From the NCBI RefSeq assembly GCF_963921235.1, contig NC_086097.1, positions 51,834,001 to 51,898,000 on the forward strand: a stretch of 64,000 nucleotides of DNA. The letters are read 5' to 3'. The notes below the pieces were generated by a model, which saw only the letters and a list, made by a program, of their open reading frames with translations, was not told the DNA's origin and ran no database searches. Made by a program: the position numbers and the translations under genes. Of the stretch, positions 1 to 13,508 are shown piece after piece (the first letter of the stretch is position 1; the number at the start of each line of letters is the position of its first letter). Origin of the DNA: Mobula hypostoma (Eukaryota).

Positions 1-164
1 TTGAGCCAATAGGGGAAAGGCAATTCTGGATTGGGTGTTGTATAATGAACCAGACTTGATTCAGTAAAGGAACCCTTAGAGAGAATTGTGCTTTCCCATT
101 CCATCAGGAAGGTAAAATAGAAGCATTCTCAGAGAATTTACAGTCACTTCTATGATACGAGAGG

Positions 165-1948
165 TGTATGTGCAGGGAATTCAGAGGATTACAAACTACA
201 AGTCTACCCTGCATGTGTGACCAGGATGTTTCACTCCCTGAGAGGCTGAATGTCTTCTACGCCCGGTTTGATGTGCAGAGCAAAGTGCTGGCAAGGAAGG
301 CATCCCTCCTCCCAGGGGAGCAGACTGTCTGGTTGAAGCTGATGTGAGGAAAACTCTGGCTAGAGTCAACCCATGCAAGCTGCAGGGCCCAATAATATGC
401 CAGGTTGGGTTCTGAAATACTGTGCAGACCAGCTGACGGAGGTGCTGACAGATACAGTCAACATCTCTCTGGAACAATGCATTGTCCCTCAGTTTTCAAG
501 GCGGCAGCCATCATTCCAGTGCCAAAGAAGGTGATAGTAACTTGCCTAAATGACTGTCGTCTAGTGACATTACCATCAACCATTATGAAATGCTTTGATC
601 AGCTGGTCATGGAGCACATTAAAGGCTTTCTCCAGGCTACATTGGACCATTTCCAGTTCACTTATCAGGCAAATCGATCCACTGATGATGCAATAGCCTC
701 TGCCTTCCGCACTGTCCTGCCCCACCTAGAAAGTGGGGTCTCATATGCCAGACTGCTGTTTATAGACTTCAGTTCAGCATTCAACACCGTCATACCCCAG
801 AAACTAGTGGGGAAACTGTCCTCACTGGGTCTCAACATCTTCCTCTGCAACTGGACACTAGACTTCTTAACAGTAAGGCCACAGTCAGTCTGTGTGGGCA
901 GCAACGTCTCTAGTCCAATTACACTGAGCACTGTCGCTCCCCAAGGCTGTGAGTTCAGCCTGCTACTCTTCGCACTGTTGACTCATGACTGTGTTGAAGG
1001 ATCCAACTCAAAATATGTCAGCAAGTTTGCGGATGACACAACAGTGGTTGTCCTTATCGAGAATGATGACGAGACGGAGTATAGAGAGGAAGTGGAGTGG
1101 CTGGTGGATCGGTGTGAGAAGACCAACCTAAGCCTGAACGTGGAGAAGACAAAGGAAATCATTCTGGACTTCAGGAAGGTGCAGACAAGCCATCCCCCTC
1201 TGTGAATACATGGCTCCTCTATAGAGAGAGTTAAGTGCACCAAGGTCCTGGGAGTTCACATCACCAATGACCTCACCTGGTCCCTTAATATCACCTCTCT
1301 GAACAAGAAAGCACAGCAACACCTCCACTTCCTAAGAATATTGAGGCAAGCAAGGTTCCCACAACCCCCCCCCCCACCATCTTAACTGGGTTTTCCAGGA
1401 GCACCATTGAGAGCATCCTGACAAATTGTACCTCCATCTGGTATGGGAGCAGTTGAACATCTGACCAGAAGTCCCTACAAAGGTCTGTGAGAACAGCTGA
1501 GAGGATCTCAGGGGTCTCCCTACCATCTATCTGGGAGATTTATCAAGAGCTCTCCATATGCAGGGCCCTTAGTGTTATTAAGGATCCCACCCATCCATCC
1601 AGCATCCTCTTTGACTTTCTACCATCAGGTAGGAGACTACGATGCATAAAAACAAGAACTGTCAGGATGAGAAACAATTTCTTCCCATAGGCCATTAGGC
1701 TTCTGAACTCCCTACCACATCATATTCGAAGTGTCCTGTGCCTTACAATATTTAATATTGATACACTTTAGTTTGTTATTTAAGTGTGATTCATCTGTAG
1801 ACTTTATCCTTACCTTCATAAGTTAGATGTGTTATGTGCTTTACAGCTTGGTTTGAAGAAATGTTGTCTCATTTCTGTATACATAATATACATTATATAC
1901 AAACGTACATGTATGTAGTTAAATGACAATAAACCTTACTTGGCTTGA
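165..1948 (+). mobile_element. Rex1/Babar-clade LINE, 5'-truncated, degenerate RT plus 3' tail
   Basis: ORF 405-1205 has RT motifs ([31 protein letters not shown]). Downstream frames give the Rex1-type C-terminus LPSGRRLRCIKTRTVRMRNNFFP. AATAAA tail near 1928. Confidence 0.85.
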
Positions 1949-1949
1949 T

Positions 1950-2660
1950 CATAGTATGACAGAATTCACCCTGCAGTTTGAGAAGGAGAAGCTAAAGTCA
2001 GGGGTATCATTATTATAGTGGAGTAAATAGAATTATAGAGGCATGAGCGAGGAATTGGCCAAAGTTGATTGGAAGGGGACACTAACAGGGATGATGGGAT
2101 TTCTAGGAGCAATATGGAAGGCTCAGGATAGTTACATCCCAAAGATGAAGAAGCATTCTAATGGGAAGATGAGGCCAATGTGGTGACAAGCTAAGTCCAA
2201 GACAGCATAAAAGCTAGAGAAGGCACATAATATAGTGGGAAGTTAGAGGACTGGGAAGGTAAGCTAACCAATAATATAAAAGAAGATACCAGTTCAGTGG
2301 CGGCAAGATGTTAGAGTCCACTATTAAGGATGAAGTTTTGGGATACGTGGAGGCACACAATAAAATATGCCGAAGTAACCATGGTTTCTTCAATGGGAAA
2401 TGTTGCCTGACAAATCTGTTGGAATTCTTTGAGGAAATATTAGGTAGGATACACATACACAAATTCCCATTGAAGAAACCATGGTTACTTTGGCCTATTT
2501 TATTGTGTGCCTCCACGTATCCCAAAATCTCATCCTTAATAATGGACTCTAACATCTTGCCACCACTGAAGTCAAGCTAACTGGTATCTTCTTTTATATT
2601 ATTGGCTGGATGTTGTTTACTTAGATTTTCAGAAGGCCATTGACAAGCTGCCTCACATAA
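1950..2660 (+). mobile_element. CR1 LINE fragments (internally deleted, rearranged)
   Basis: LESTIKDEV...NHGFFNGKCCLTNLLEFFEE and, after the inversion, DVVYLDFQKA are CR1 RT motifs. Confidence 0.8.
2268..2605. repeat. Inverted duplication: arms 2268-2399 and 2464-2605, ~64-bp spacer
   Basis: The arms are near-perfect reverse complements. The ORF track shows the same peptide on both strands. Confidence 0.9.
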
Positions 2661-3052
2661 AGATGTCATTTCATCATCAGGTGAAGTATTCAAGGATTTC
2701 AAATGAAAATTATTTTCAATTTGGTTTAATTTGGTGTTTTTTTCTGCTACATTCAAGAGACATTTGGAAAATATTTCATAGTATTTATCCTTCCATAATG
2801 TTAACACTTGTCATTTCAAATTACAAGCTCTTTTGCATTTAATTTGAAAAGACAAGTGTTCCCTTTATAACAGTTTGACATTGAATAAAAATGTCATGAC
2901 TTCACATTTGCCTCTATGTAATGCCTTCTCTGGTCAATATTTGATACTTATGAAGTTATAAGAGCACAATATTCAGATCATTGAACAGATAGAATAACTA
3001 AAATGATCAGATTTTGTAAAAAATATTTTTATCAGATCAAATATTTTTGTCA

Positions 3053-3175
3053 TTTTATATCTATGTTACTTAAAATTCATTTTATATATGCTGATGAACA
3101 TTTTTCCAGTCTCTTTGTACCAACCTTGTTATAGAGTTTATAATTTTGAAAAATTAATAAAAAGATTTAAAAAGA
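3053..3175 (+). mobile_element. Short retroposed 3'-end (L1-type 3'UTR tail) with 15-bp TSD
   Basis: Identical CAAATATTTTTGTCA at 3038-3052 and 3176-3190. The insert ends in AATAAA plus an A-rich tail. Confidence 0.7.
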
Positions 3176-6100
3176 CAAATATTTTTGTCAAAATATAGCT
3201 AAATCATGGCGAGTGATATTTGATTACATCAACAGCTAGTCTAAAACCCCCGGGGTTTCTTTTGGTTCTGACGTAAATTGCTTTTTTGGCACTGTTTGGA
3301 TTTAGCAGCTGGTGTCATGTAATTTCTATTGCTGAAAGCTCTCCTTGTAATCGAAATCTCTCCAGTGAAGAACATTATAGGATACATTTCATATGTTTCT
3401 TTAATATACCCTATGATGCATCTTTTCAGAGTGCAAGACATATTATTTTTAGCTTCTGAAAGGTTTGGTTTTGTTCCTATTTATCTTGTTTTTACAGATC
3501 TCCAATCATAACATTCATCACTAATGAAAAGAAATTGTCTTGCATAATTTTATAAAGGACCTTTAGATACATCAGGAGGGATAACATAACCTACGTCAGT
3601 TTACCAAAAATGCTAGTGTCAGTGCAAGAGAATTGATTTACTTAGTGACAAGTGACTGCATCAGTGACACATCAATATTTTTCTTTTTCTTGGGACAAAT
3701 GTAAGCTACTGTACCAGCTGTTAAGTTTATCTGTGTTAGACTACACACGTAAATTCAGGGAAGCATCACCCTCTCTCGACATACAGGATCTGATTGTAAG
3801 GCGTTTCATGAAACCGGAATATTTTCATCTCCATGTCCCAAACTGACTTCACTGATCTAATTAAAGGTGACTTAGTCATAATTAACAGGAAACACAATGG
3901 TGTCAACTGTCATAAAATGCACTTTAGAAGAGAAATAATTTAGTGATTAAAGGAAGCCAATAGTTATTGTTTGTTTTAAAAAAACCTGTGATGAGAAATG
4001 TGAGTTTAAAGTCTGCCATGAATATTTTTAAAAAGAGTCTGTAACTAGTAAAAAATTATTGCTGTCGTTTTGTCTCCAACTGTTTGAGACTTAAGAGAAG
4101 GAAACATACAACCTTACTGGAGCTTTCAACATATCACACACAAAGTTTGGAACAGCTGTCTCTAAAGTAACCTAGCAACCAGAGTGAATCTGTGGAAGGA
4201 ACATTGCCGGTGATGCCCATAGTCACATATGAGCTCAATACTTAGAAATTCTTGGCTTCTGCTTAAAGTTAGTAAAACCTTGGAGTATTAAACTGCAGAT
4301 GCTGGAAATCCAAAACAAACAATATGTGGGAAGTCTTCAGCTGGCCAGGCAACACTAGCGAATGAGAAACAGTTGCCATTCTTGCTGAACCTTCAGAAAT
4401 GGAAAAGCAGATCGGTGCATGTGTTTTATGTTATACAGAAGGGTAGAGGGAGAAATGGGGAATGTTTGATAGAGGGACGACTACAGTTGTCATGACAAAT
4501 TCTTTAAAACCAATAGAAGGAACAAAATGATAGAAAAAATTGAAATGAAGATTTAGCCACGAGGGTTTATCTGAAAGTATAAAACTAGAAATTAAGGCTC
4601 AAATGTTGTAACATTATAATTATACAACATGAGAATTGTTCCTTTGATCCAATTATGCATATTGATGAAGGTGCTAACTGTGACATTCATAACATGCCAC
4701 GAGGCTGCTGAATGCAGATTTGCAGACTGATTCCATTTGCCTGGAAAGAGTGCTCTGGTGTAAGCTCGAGGAACAGCACTTTTTTTCTTCTATAGATGTG
4801 GATGAACCTCAGTTTCACTTTTTCACTGTATAACTTTTTCACAATTGGTAATTTTTATATTAATTGTTGCTGTGCCAACTTTGGTCTGTATTCCCATTGT
4901 TCTACTTCCCCACCTTTGCAACTTAAAATTTATGTGCGGTTCTGATGAAAGATTTCAAAGCAAAATCTTGTTCTTCTCCACTTCATAGTGGCATATAAGA
5001 TGATGAGAGGCATAGATAGAGTGGACAGAAATAGCTTCCTTGGTTGTGAATCCAGTTTTAGCTGCATCCAGTGCCGATTCTTACATTCAATAGTCATGGT
5101 GATTAGTCACTGTATCACAAATGTAGAATTTCAAGCATATATTAATCAGATGTTTGATTTATTGGACTACCAGCAACTGTGATAGGCAAAATGTATGGAA
5201 GATCATGTGTTCATGCTATGGAGAGTTAGAGAACAGTCTTAACAACCTCTTAATAACAGTTGTATTGTGTTACCTAAGATGTAATTGTAGGAAACGTAAG
5301 CTATGGAGGGAATGGCCCCATTATGTTCCTATCAATTGAAAAAGCTACCAGTCTAATGGTGAAGTCTCTGCCTCTGAGTCTCTTTCTGGTAGTGTTTTGC
5401 TGACTCCTACCACTCTTTGGGTGGAAATAAGTTTTCTTTCTCTCTCCTCTCATCCTAATGGTCACTTTAAATCTTTACCGTTTGGTTTTTGACTTTCTTT
5501 CTGTAGGAAATAGGTGCTCTCTGTTGCTTTATCTTTTAATTGATCCTTTATTTAAGTCTCCCTTCAGCCCACTTTAATCCAAAGAGAACAATTCTAATTC
5601 AACTAAATTGCCCTCATAACCTTTCCAGACCTGGCAGCATCCTTGTAAACCTCTTACAGCGGTTACTTGAAAACAAGCCAACAATCATTGAGAGAATAAC
5701 CCATGGTACTTGACACTGTGTAAGGCGCTTCCAAATAACAAATTTCCAAATCGAAAAATTACATTCAATCCTTTATTATGAAACCAACAAAGATGGATGA
5801 TCTGTATCGATAAAAAACTAACAAAACTAAATTAGCGATATAACGATCTTAGCATTCATATCTGCATAACTAAGCTTTCTAATTAGCAATATACCTAAAG
5901 GATACTAAGTGTAATTGGCGGTCAAACTAAATTGGCAAAGTTATCATATTTAAGTGGTCCAATAATTTCCAATTAATGGTAAACAAATATTTCATTCCTG
6001 ACTGCCTCTAACTAACAAATGAGAATATGTAACTATACTCATTTTGCTTCTACCACTCCCCAACTCACCAGACAGATGACCAAAATAAATGTGCCACAAA

Positions 6101-6274
6101 CTACAACACAGACAGAAAATAGATACATGGCTGCAACCAACAGAAAATTGAAACATGCAGTCACTGGAGAGTCTTGATGAAATTAGAGAATTTTGGAGAT
6201 ACAGCACCAAGAATTCTTGTTGGTTTAGATAATTGATAGCGTTAATATTAATGTCAATTAGAATATGGTGATAT

Positions 6275-7085
6275 GCCCCGTCTGGTGGCGTAATGACGTC
6301 GGCACTGGACACGGGAGCGGAGGTTCCCGGGTTCGAAACCAGTTGGGTCCGCTCCCGAGTACGCTTTCCATCCGTGCCGGGTTGAGTGTTGAGATCGCAG
6401 CTCGACTTCGTAAAATAAAAGGGAAAAATACTGCGAAAAATAAAGACCATATTAACAGACAGAAAGATGAGCACGTACACTAAAAACAGAATACTGCAGT
6501 GCTACATTTATTCTATCCTGACTTATGGAAGTGAACGCTGGACCATTTCTCCAGCAATGGAAAAGAGACTAGAAGCAGCTGAATTGTGGTTCTACAGGAG
6601 AACGTTAAAAATACCATGGACCACACACACATCAAATGAAGAAGTTCTCAGAAGAGCCCAAGCAGTTCGATCACTCATACCAACAATAAGAGAAAGACAA
6701 CTCAGGTTCCTAGGACACATCATGCGGAAAGATGCACTAGAAAAACTCATGCTCTCTGGAAAGATTGAGAGGAGTAAATCTAGAGGAAGACCTCGGCTTA
6801 TGTACATCAAAAGCATAGCCAGGTGGCTACACATCAAGGAAATGGAAGTCATCCAAAAAACGAATGATAGATCTATATGGAAAACCATGGTCATCAAAGT
6901 CCGCATCGGATATGGTACCTAGACAGACTGCAAGAAAATGTCTGTATGAGGAGTGACGTGCCACGCAGTCTCTCTCTCGCTCTGCGCCTTGTAAAGGCCA
7001 TGAAAAAGACATCATCACGGATGCACGCACACGCAGACGCACATGCACAGACTCAGGCGCACACAGGTACAGGCCAAAAAAAAAT
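6275..7085 (+). mobile_element. tRNA-derived SINE with A-tail and 14-bp TSD, interrupted by an RTE fragment
   Basis: A-box-like TGGCGTAATG and B-box GGTTCGAAACC. TSD GAATATG(G/C)TGATAT at 6261-6274 and 7086-7099. A-run 7076-7084. Confidence 0.8.
6437..6926 (+). mobile_element. RTE-clade LINE 3' fragment inserted in the SINE
   Basis: ORF 6467-6922: ILTYGSERWT, SNEEVLRRA, QLRFLGHIMRK, RGRPR are typical of the RTE C-terminus. Imperfect TSD ACTGCGAAAAAT / ACTGCAAGAAAAT. Confidence 0.85.
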
Positions 7086-7640
7086 GAATATGCTGATATA
7101 CAAAATAAAAACCAAATCATCAAAGTAAGTTGAAATGTCATCTCTAAACCTCAACAAAACTAGCAAGTGATTAACCATGGAAAGTAAAATAAGAAGAAAC
7201 CTTTTAACTAGTTATATCCCATGACAAGATTAAATGAACCTAAAATTTTTACTTTATCTCTTCTATCTGGATAGGCGTTAACGACAAGCATGTCTCTTAA
7301 GTAGCATCTGAATCTCAGAATTGAAGATGGCCTCTAGATCTCGGTAGATTAGTTAAATCCTACTTGGCATATAAGGTGAGGGATGCTATTCCTAATATCC
7401 CTTTGTATATCACAAAACCTTGCTTTTTGTATATTTGGTTGTGTTTTTGACCTGAGACCGAAAATATTCAATTTGCAATTCAATAAACAGAGGACAACAA
7501 AGATTTTGCTTCCTGAGTACTTTTGGGCGTATCTTATGGATTTTGGGCTTCTGATCATGAAAGTCACCTTGAAATGTCTTTATCATGCACCATTTTTTAA
7601 AAATCACCTATATTTGTTATTTAATTCATAATTCAAGTCA

Positions 7641-8275
7641 GGATAACAGATACCAAGATTAAGGAAGGTATCTTGGGCCACTAATAAACAGGTCATCAAT
7701 GACAAGCAATTTAAAGAACTTCTCATGGAATTTGAGAAAATTGTCTGGAAGGCATTCAAACATGTTGAAAATTTTGCAACAATAGAGCAAACGACATGTG
7801 CAGATGGTTGACAACATGCTTCAAGCATACAAACCATGAAGTGCGACATGTTACTAAAGATTCATTTTCTGCATTCCTATTTTGACTTCCCTGCAAATCC
7901 CAGCGCGGTTAGTGACGAGCATGGTGAAAGGCTTTACCAGGACATTGTGGTCATGGAGAAACTGTCTCAGGGCAACTGGAATCCGTCAATGCTGGCTGAT
8001 TATTGTTGGACACTTAAGCGAGAAGCCTCAGACACTGAGTATAAACAAAAGTCATCAACAAAACATTTTTAGCTTAGTTGAACTATTGCAAAGCTTCAGC
8101 ACTATTAGGCAATTAAATGCATTACATTCAATAAAAATTTAATTTCTTGTTTATCCAGATTCCTAGGTGATACAAGTAATCTGAAATTATATTTGTGCTC
8201 TGCTTCAAGCAGTCTATCATAACCAAAAACAAAATCTGAGGAAGCAACGCTTTTGAAAAAACTTGTTGTTCGGTG
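7641..8275 (+). mobile_element. Chapaev3 (CMC) DNA transposon 3' fragment, transposase pseudogene
   Basis: KIHFLHS...AVSDEHGERLYQDI...QGNWNPSMLADYCWTL matches the Chapaev3 transposase C-terminus. Ends TTGTTCGGTG followed by TAA. Confidence 0.8.
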
Positions 8276-9105
8276 TAATTTTCTATCAAGTTATTGACAT
8301 GTAAAGAATCCTAAAAGGTGAAATCCTTTTTCACACCATCTTGGTTTCTCATGGCTTAATAAACATTTTGCAACACTATGATCAAAAGAAAAAGTGAAAT
8401 GCTTCAAGTAAATTTAGAAATGCTTCAAATGATAGCTAAGCAATATCCCATCAGGGTTAACAAACTTCAATGGTCTGGAACAAATAACTGCATAGACATA
8501 TTTTTTGCTTTACTCATTGATTTATGATGTTATGACTTCATAACTGATACATGGTTGGTCTTGTGTGCTGGTTAAAGTGGATAACACCTGTGACATTGTG
8601 CATGCAGATAATATCAAAAGCACAGACATCAGACGTAGGCTTTTTAATAAATATGTGATAAAAATCAGACCAGGTTAAAGCGTCTGAGCAGTGTGACATG
8701 GAACAGGTACTGAGCATTTATCTGTAAGAAATCAGCTGTGTTTGAATCCCTATCCTCACTATCTCAGCACTGGACACCTACTAAGATCTTGATTTCTCTT
8801 AGCAAGCATTCAGCAGTATATTTTGAGCTGAATGGGAGGTCTTCCTTTGATCAAATTTAGAACAGCTTTTTTTCTGAAATTACTATCACTGTTTTTAAAT
8901 TTCCTATTTTGTACTTGGTGTGAAACGACTTGTTAGGGCCCATCTGTTTTCCGAGTGTATCTTTTGTAAAATAATGTCTCAAATTTCTGTTTTCTTTTTG
9001 TTGTACTCTTTTTAGGGACATTTCTTCATGATTCCTGAGATCTTTTCACAACTAACCATTAAAGTTGTTTGGGTAGACTGTTATTTTTAAAAAGTTTTTT
9101 AGAAG

Positions 9106-9435
9106 GTGGCATATTTGTACAACTGGTAGAGAAGCTGCCTCACAACTTCAGCTTCCTAGGTTCAATCCTCTTCTCTGGTGCTACCTATCTGTGTGTAGTT
9201 TGCATTTTCTCCCTGGGACCACATGGTTTCCCTCTGGCTGGGTTGGTTTTCTCTCAAATCCTGAAAATGTGCAGGCTGATTGGTTAATTGGCCTCTAATG
9301 TGTAAATGAATGGCAGAACCTGGGGGAGTTGGGGAGAATTAAATTGGGTTGTGTGGGATTAGTGTAAAAATGGGAGCCTAATGATCGATGAGACTCGATG
9401 AGTTGGTTTCTGTGCAGTACCTTCCTGTGACTATG
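9106..9435 (+). mobile_element. V-SINE (HE1-like) copy
   Basis: tRNA-like head with GGTTCAATCC B-box, then the V-domain TGTGTGTAGTTTGCATTTTCTCCC...GGTTTCC. Confidence 0.7.
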
Positions 9436-10574
9436 AGTATACATGCTCTTTTGTTTTATATTTGAAGACTTATAAAATGAGCATTGTTTTGTGTGGTTTC
9501 AATCTGGTGCAAGAATGGAGAGGGGTTAAGGAACACACTGAGCTTTGGAGGAGAGCACTTACTTTTTCACAGTCTCTGGGTATTTTTTTAGACCTTTATG
9601 TTGAGTGAGCAATGGTGGCAAAGTTGGTGTTGTTTGTACATTCCTATCACCTTTGAACTGAGTGGCTTGTTTGGTAATCTGAGTACAACTAAGAGTTGAC
9701 TGCATTAGTGTGGCTCTGGAGTTGAGCCAGACCAGATCATAGCATTTCTGATGAATGGTTATAGACCAGAAGCATTAAGCCTGTTTCTTTCTTTACAGGT
9801 GTGTCATGAGCAGAGTATTATGATTTATTTCAGATTACAGCTGCTCCGTGGGTTACAAACACTGATTTATGGATAGCCTGTATATACTGTATCCTCTCCC
9901 CTTGCTGTCATCTTATGTCTGGGTAATGAATATTTCTTGGAGACGGAGCCCTGTCAGAATCTGGGTACTCTACAGCATTTCATAGTACAAGAAGATGGCG
10001 GGTGTTGGAATCTGGAGCACAGGCCCACAACATAGACAGATTGACAGTTCCTTTCTCTCCACAGATGCTGCGTAATCCACAGAGTTCTTCCAGCAGATTG
10101 TTTGTAGCAATTACACTAAACTTGCTTTTACAGAAGAGAGTCACCTGTTGGTAATTTTATTTTAATTTCACATGCAGTGAGTTATGGCCTGTGCAGACAA
10201 AACCCAAGTACTTCCTTTTTTTACAATCTTGATTGCATAGACAGTTGTGTCTGAGTGAAGCACCATACCTTTTTCTCTCGTTTCCTGAAAATTGAGTCAG
10301 CAGCATACACCGCTGGTCTAGGTAGATGAAACGAAAATAAATCTCATGATGCTGGGCTCATAGTGAGCTTCAACAAAAAGGTGTTCTGTTGGACCAAAAC
10401 AACTTTTCCTAACGTTAGATCCTTCTTTTACAGTGCATCCTGTGCAATAGGGAATGCTGAAATAGTTGCACTTGACAGCGATATCTTTCTTTGTGACTCC
10501 ATAATCTCTTTTGGGTGAAAATTACACATGGAGACCCATAATTAGAAGTTATGTAAAGCAAAGCATCATCATGT

Positions 10575-11410
10575 TTCTGGAGAGGGTCAGCAACTTTAAA
10601 TGCCTCGGTGTTATCATTTCAGAGGACCTGTCCTGGATCCAGCACGTAAATGCCATTACAAAAAAGGCATGGCAGCGCCTCTACTTTCTTAGAAGCTTGC
10701 ATAGATTTGCTGATTATTGACTGCAGGAGGAAGAAACTGGAGGTCCATGACCCAGTCCTCATTGGGGAGCTTTAAATTCCTTGGTGTTATCATTTCAGAG
10801 GATCTGTCTGGGGTCCAGCACGTAAGTGCCATTACAACGAATGACGGCACTTCCGTAGAAGTTTGCGAAGATTCAGCATGGCATCTAAAACTTTGACAAA
10901 CTTCTGTGGATATGTGGTGGAGAGCATATTGCTTGATTGCAGCCTGGTATGGAAACACCAATGCCCCTGAATGGAAAATCCTACAAAAAATCGTGGATAT
11001 GGCCAAGTCCATCAAGGGGAAAGCCCACCCCACCATGGAGCACACCTACATGGAGCGCTGTCACAGGAAAGCAGCATCCATCATCAAGGACCCCCACCAT
11101 CCAGGCATGCTTGCTTCTTGTTGCTGTTATCAGGAAGAAAGTACAGGAGCCTCAGGACCCACACCACCACTTTCAAGGACTTATGTACTCAGTATTCATT
11201 TCTTATTTATCTATTTATTATTATTTTTATTTTTGTATTTGCATTTTGTTGTCTTTTGCACATTGGTTGTTTGTCTGACTTGCGTGTGGTCTTCATTGAT
11301 TCTATTGTGTTTCTTTGTATTTACTATAAATACCTGCAAGAAAATGAATCTCAGGGTTGTATATGGTGATGCATATGTACTTTGGTAATAAATATACTTT
11401 GAAGTTTGAT
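10575..11410 (+). mobile_element. Rex1/Babar LINE 3' fragments (partial tandem duplication) plus tail
   Basis: FKCLGVIISEDLSW occurs twice; KAASIIKDPHHPG; LSGRKYRSLRTHTT. Shared 3' tail (GAATCTCAGGGTTGTATATGG...AATAAA). Confidence 0.8.
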
Positions 11411-13508
11411 AACTGGTGTAGGACTTTTTCTTACTCTTTTAAACCACCGTACTTGGATGGAGGTGATGGGAGCCTATCACAGGCAGAGAATTAACTGGAC
11501 AAATACTGTAGATGCACAATATTTATTTCTAATAAACTGTTAGTTGTATACTTTCCAGCTGAAAGCTTTCACACAGAAATCACAGCTACCAATAGTTTTG
11601 GATTTTATTTAACTGCAGTGAGTTTTTCTTTTCATTGACCAATCTCGAAAATCTAATCAATTCATTCCAGAGGGCATGCTGTTTCCCTGATATCATTTGA
11701 CAGTCAATAGAAAGAATGTGAGAAATCCTCCATTTGCCTGGAATATCTTTGCAAATCTAAAGCTAATCTGCTAGAATGGAAACTTTCCCACTGGAATCTG
11801 TCTGAATGAGCTGGATAAGAGCAGCAGTTTTTTAGATAAATGACCGGCTTTTGCTAATTTGTCTATGTCGCTTTGATCAGTGTGTGTATTTTCAAGGTAG
11901 ATAAAGCAATAATTCCTGCTAAATGTTAGTGTTATCTATGGTAATGACAGGCCAGTCACTTTGACAGTTAGGTAATTCTTCATGCCAAATATAATGTTTG
12001 TGAATATAGCAATTAAAAATATTAGGAAGATAGCCCTATAATTTCTTATGTTTTGCTTCTGATGTTGGTTGTCCTTGTGGTTTAAGAAATTTGATGACAT
12101 TAATAAACAAACACATTGTAGGTACTACTATCTTGACCAAAACACACAATAATTTGTAGTTAAATGATCAGAATTAAAAATTTAAAAATGCTTCCTTTCC
12201 AATGTTTCTTTCTGAGTTACCTTTGTTTTAATTCATTTGGGAATTTCTGGCTAAGTAGGATTTATTTTCCATCCCTAGCTGCCCCGAACTATGTTGCTTA
12301 TGGGGTGGTATCAAATTTAATAGTATGAATAAAGCAATAGAAATTATGTTTACAGTATTTTTATAAAAATATTTATCTTCAGATTAATCAATTTATAGCA
12401 ACTTTGAATTAAAGGTGGTAGACTGCAATGGTTTTTAATGCTGACTGGATTTAGGATGAGCAGAGGATGAAGTTAGTGCAGGATGTATTCAATGATCTAA
12501 GTTTCCAGCCTCATGCTGAGCGGCTTCCCGCTCAAACATGCTGAAGGTTGAAGCTGGTCAAAGGGGAGAAGTTTGCACGAGCAGTTTCTGACAAGAAGGG
12601 TAGGTTCCTCCACAAACATTTGTATGGAGGTTGATTTCAGGAGGCAGGCGGAGCATGTTGGAATTTTCCTATTCTGACCACTTGAAAGAATGATTTTCAT
12701 GTACTTTTGAATACCTTTTTATGGGATCTCTGAAGTGGATCCCATAAAAAGGCTTTAGTTGTTCAAGGCCTTACTTAAAATCAAGTCATCAGCTTTTAAT
12801 ATAATAGGGCTCCAATTGGCATACATTTTAATATATCTACCCATCTGGAAAATAATATATTAAAATTGACAGTGTCAGGCAATACATATACAGACTTTGG
12901 AGTAATATATGGTTTCCCTCATTTGTAATTGCCTTTGCATGCTTTCTGTTAGGTGAGCACTATAAACATGATGTCTTTGTTTCAGTAAATACAATACCTT
13001 AGCAAAGTAACTGGAGCATTCTTTCTGAGACATTTTTCTAATATCATACATAAATCTTATGGAAATCAATCTACAAATTAAATATTTTCTTTATTCTTTT
13101 AATGCATGGTTCTGCACTCAACAATATGCATCTTTCTGTAAAACTAAAAATAGGTAATGTAATAAATGAAACATCTGGTGTGTTGGTAAATATTCAAGTT
13201 TACCTTGAAAGTACACATAACTCTACATGTAGTGTTTTATTGCGCCTATTCCAGAATGTAATAAATTATACCTCTGGATAGAAATTATTCCAATTTTTCC
13301 TTCACTTACACTTCCATTGCCAGCATGGCATCTTGAAGTAGTTAAGTTGTGAGCTGAGATTTCTAGCCTATTATTGAACACTGAATATCATTTTAAAAGA
13401 ATGAAGAACATAGTTGTTCTCTAAACTTTTATATTTCCTTGACTTATGTAGGAAAATAACTCCTGTGGTGCTATTATTTATATCAAGTATTATTCAATTC
13501 ATGTTGAA

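Larger units (their letters stand above)
5750..7630 (-). mobile_element. Highly degraded L1-like LINE 3' region, interrupted by a SINE
   Basis: Minus-strand remnants such as NLPRSRGHLQF resemble the L1 LPKxxGGL motif; LEKLSY-like remnant near the 3' end. Many stops. Confidence 0.35.

Noticed and set aside
6275..6355. tRNA gene (also 18948-19020)
   Set aside because: A and B boxes are present but continue into SINE bodies bounded by TSDs; no convincing full cloverleaf.
9799..9921. Possible host exon (TTTCTTTACAG ... GGTAAT)
   Set aside because: Splice-like signals, but all three frames hit stops and no recognisable peptide; a non-coding exon cannot be excluded.
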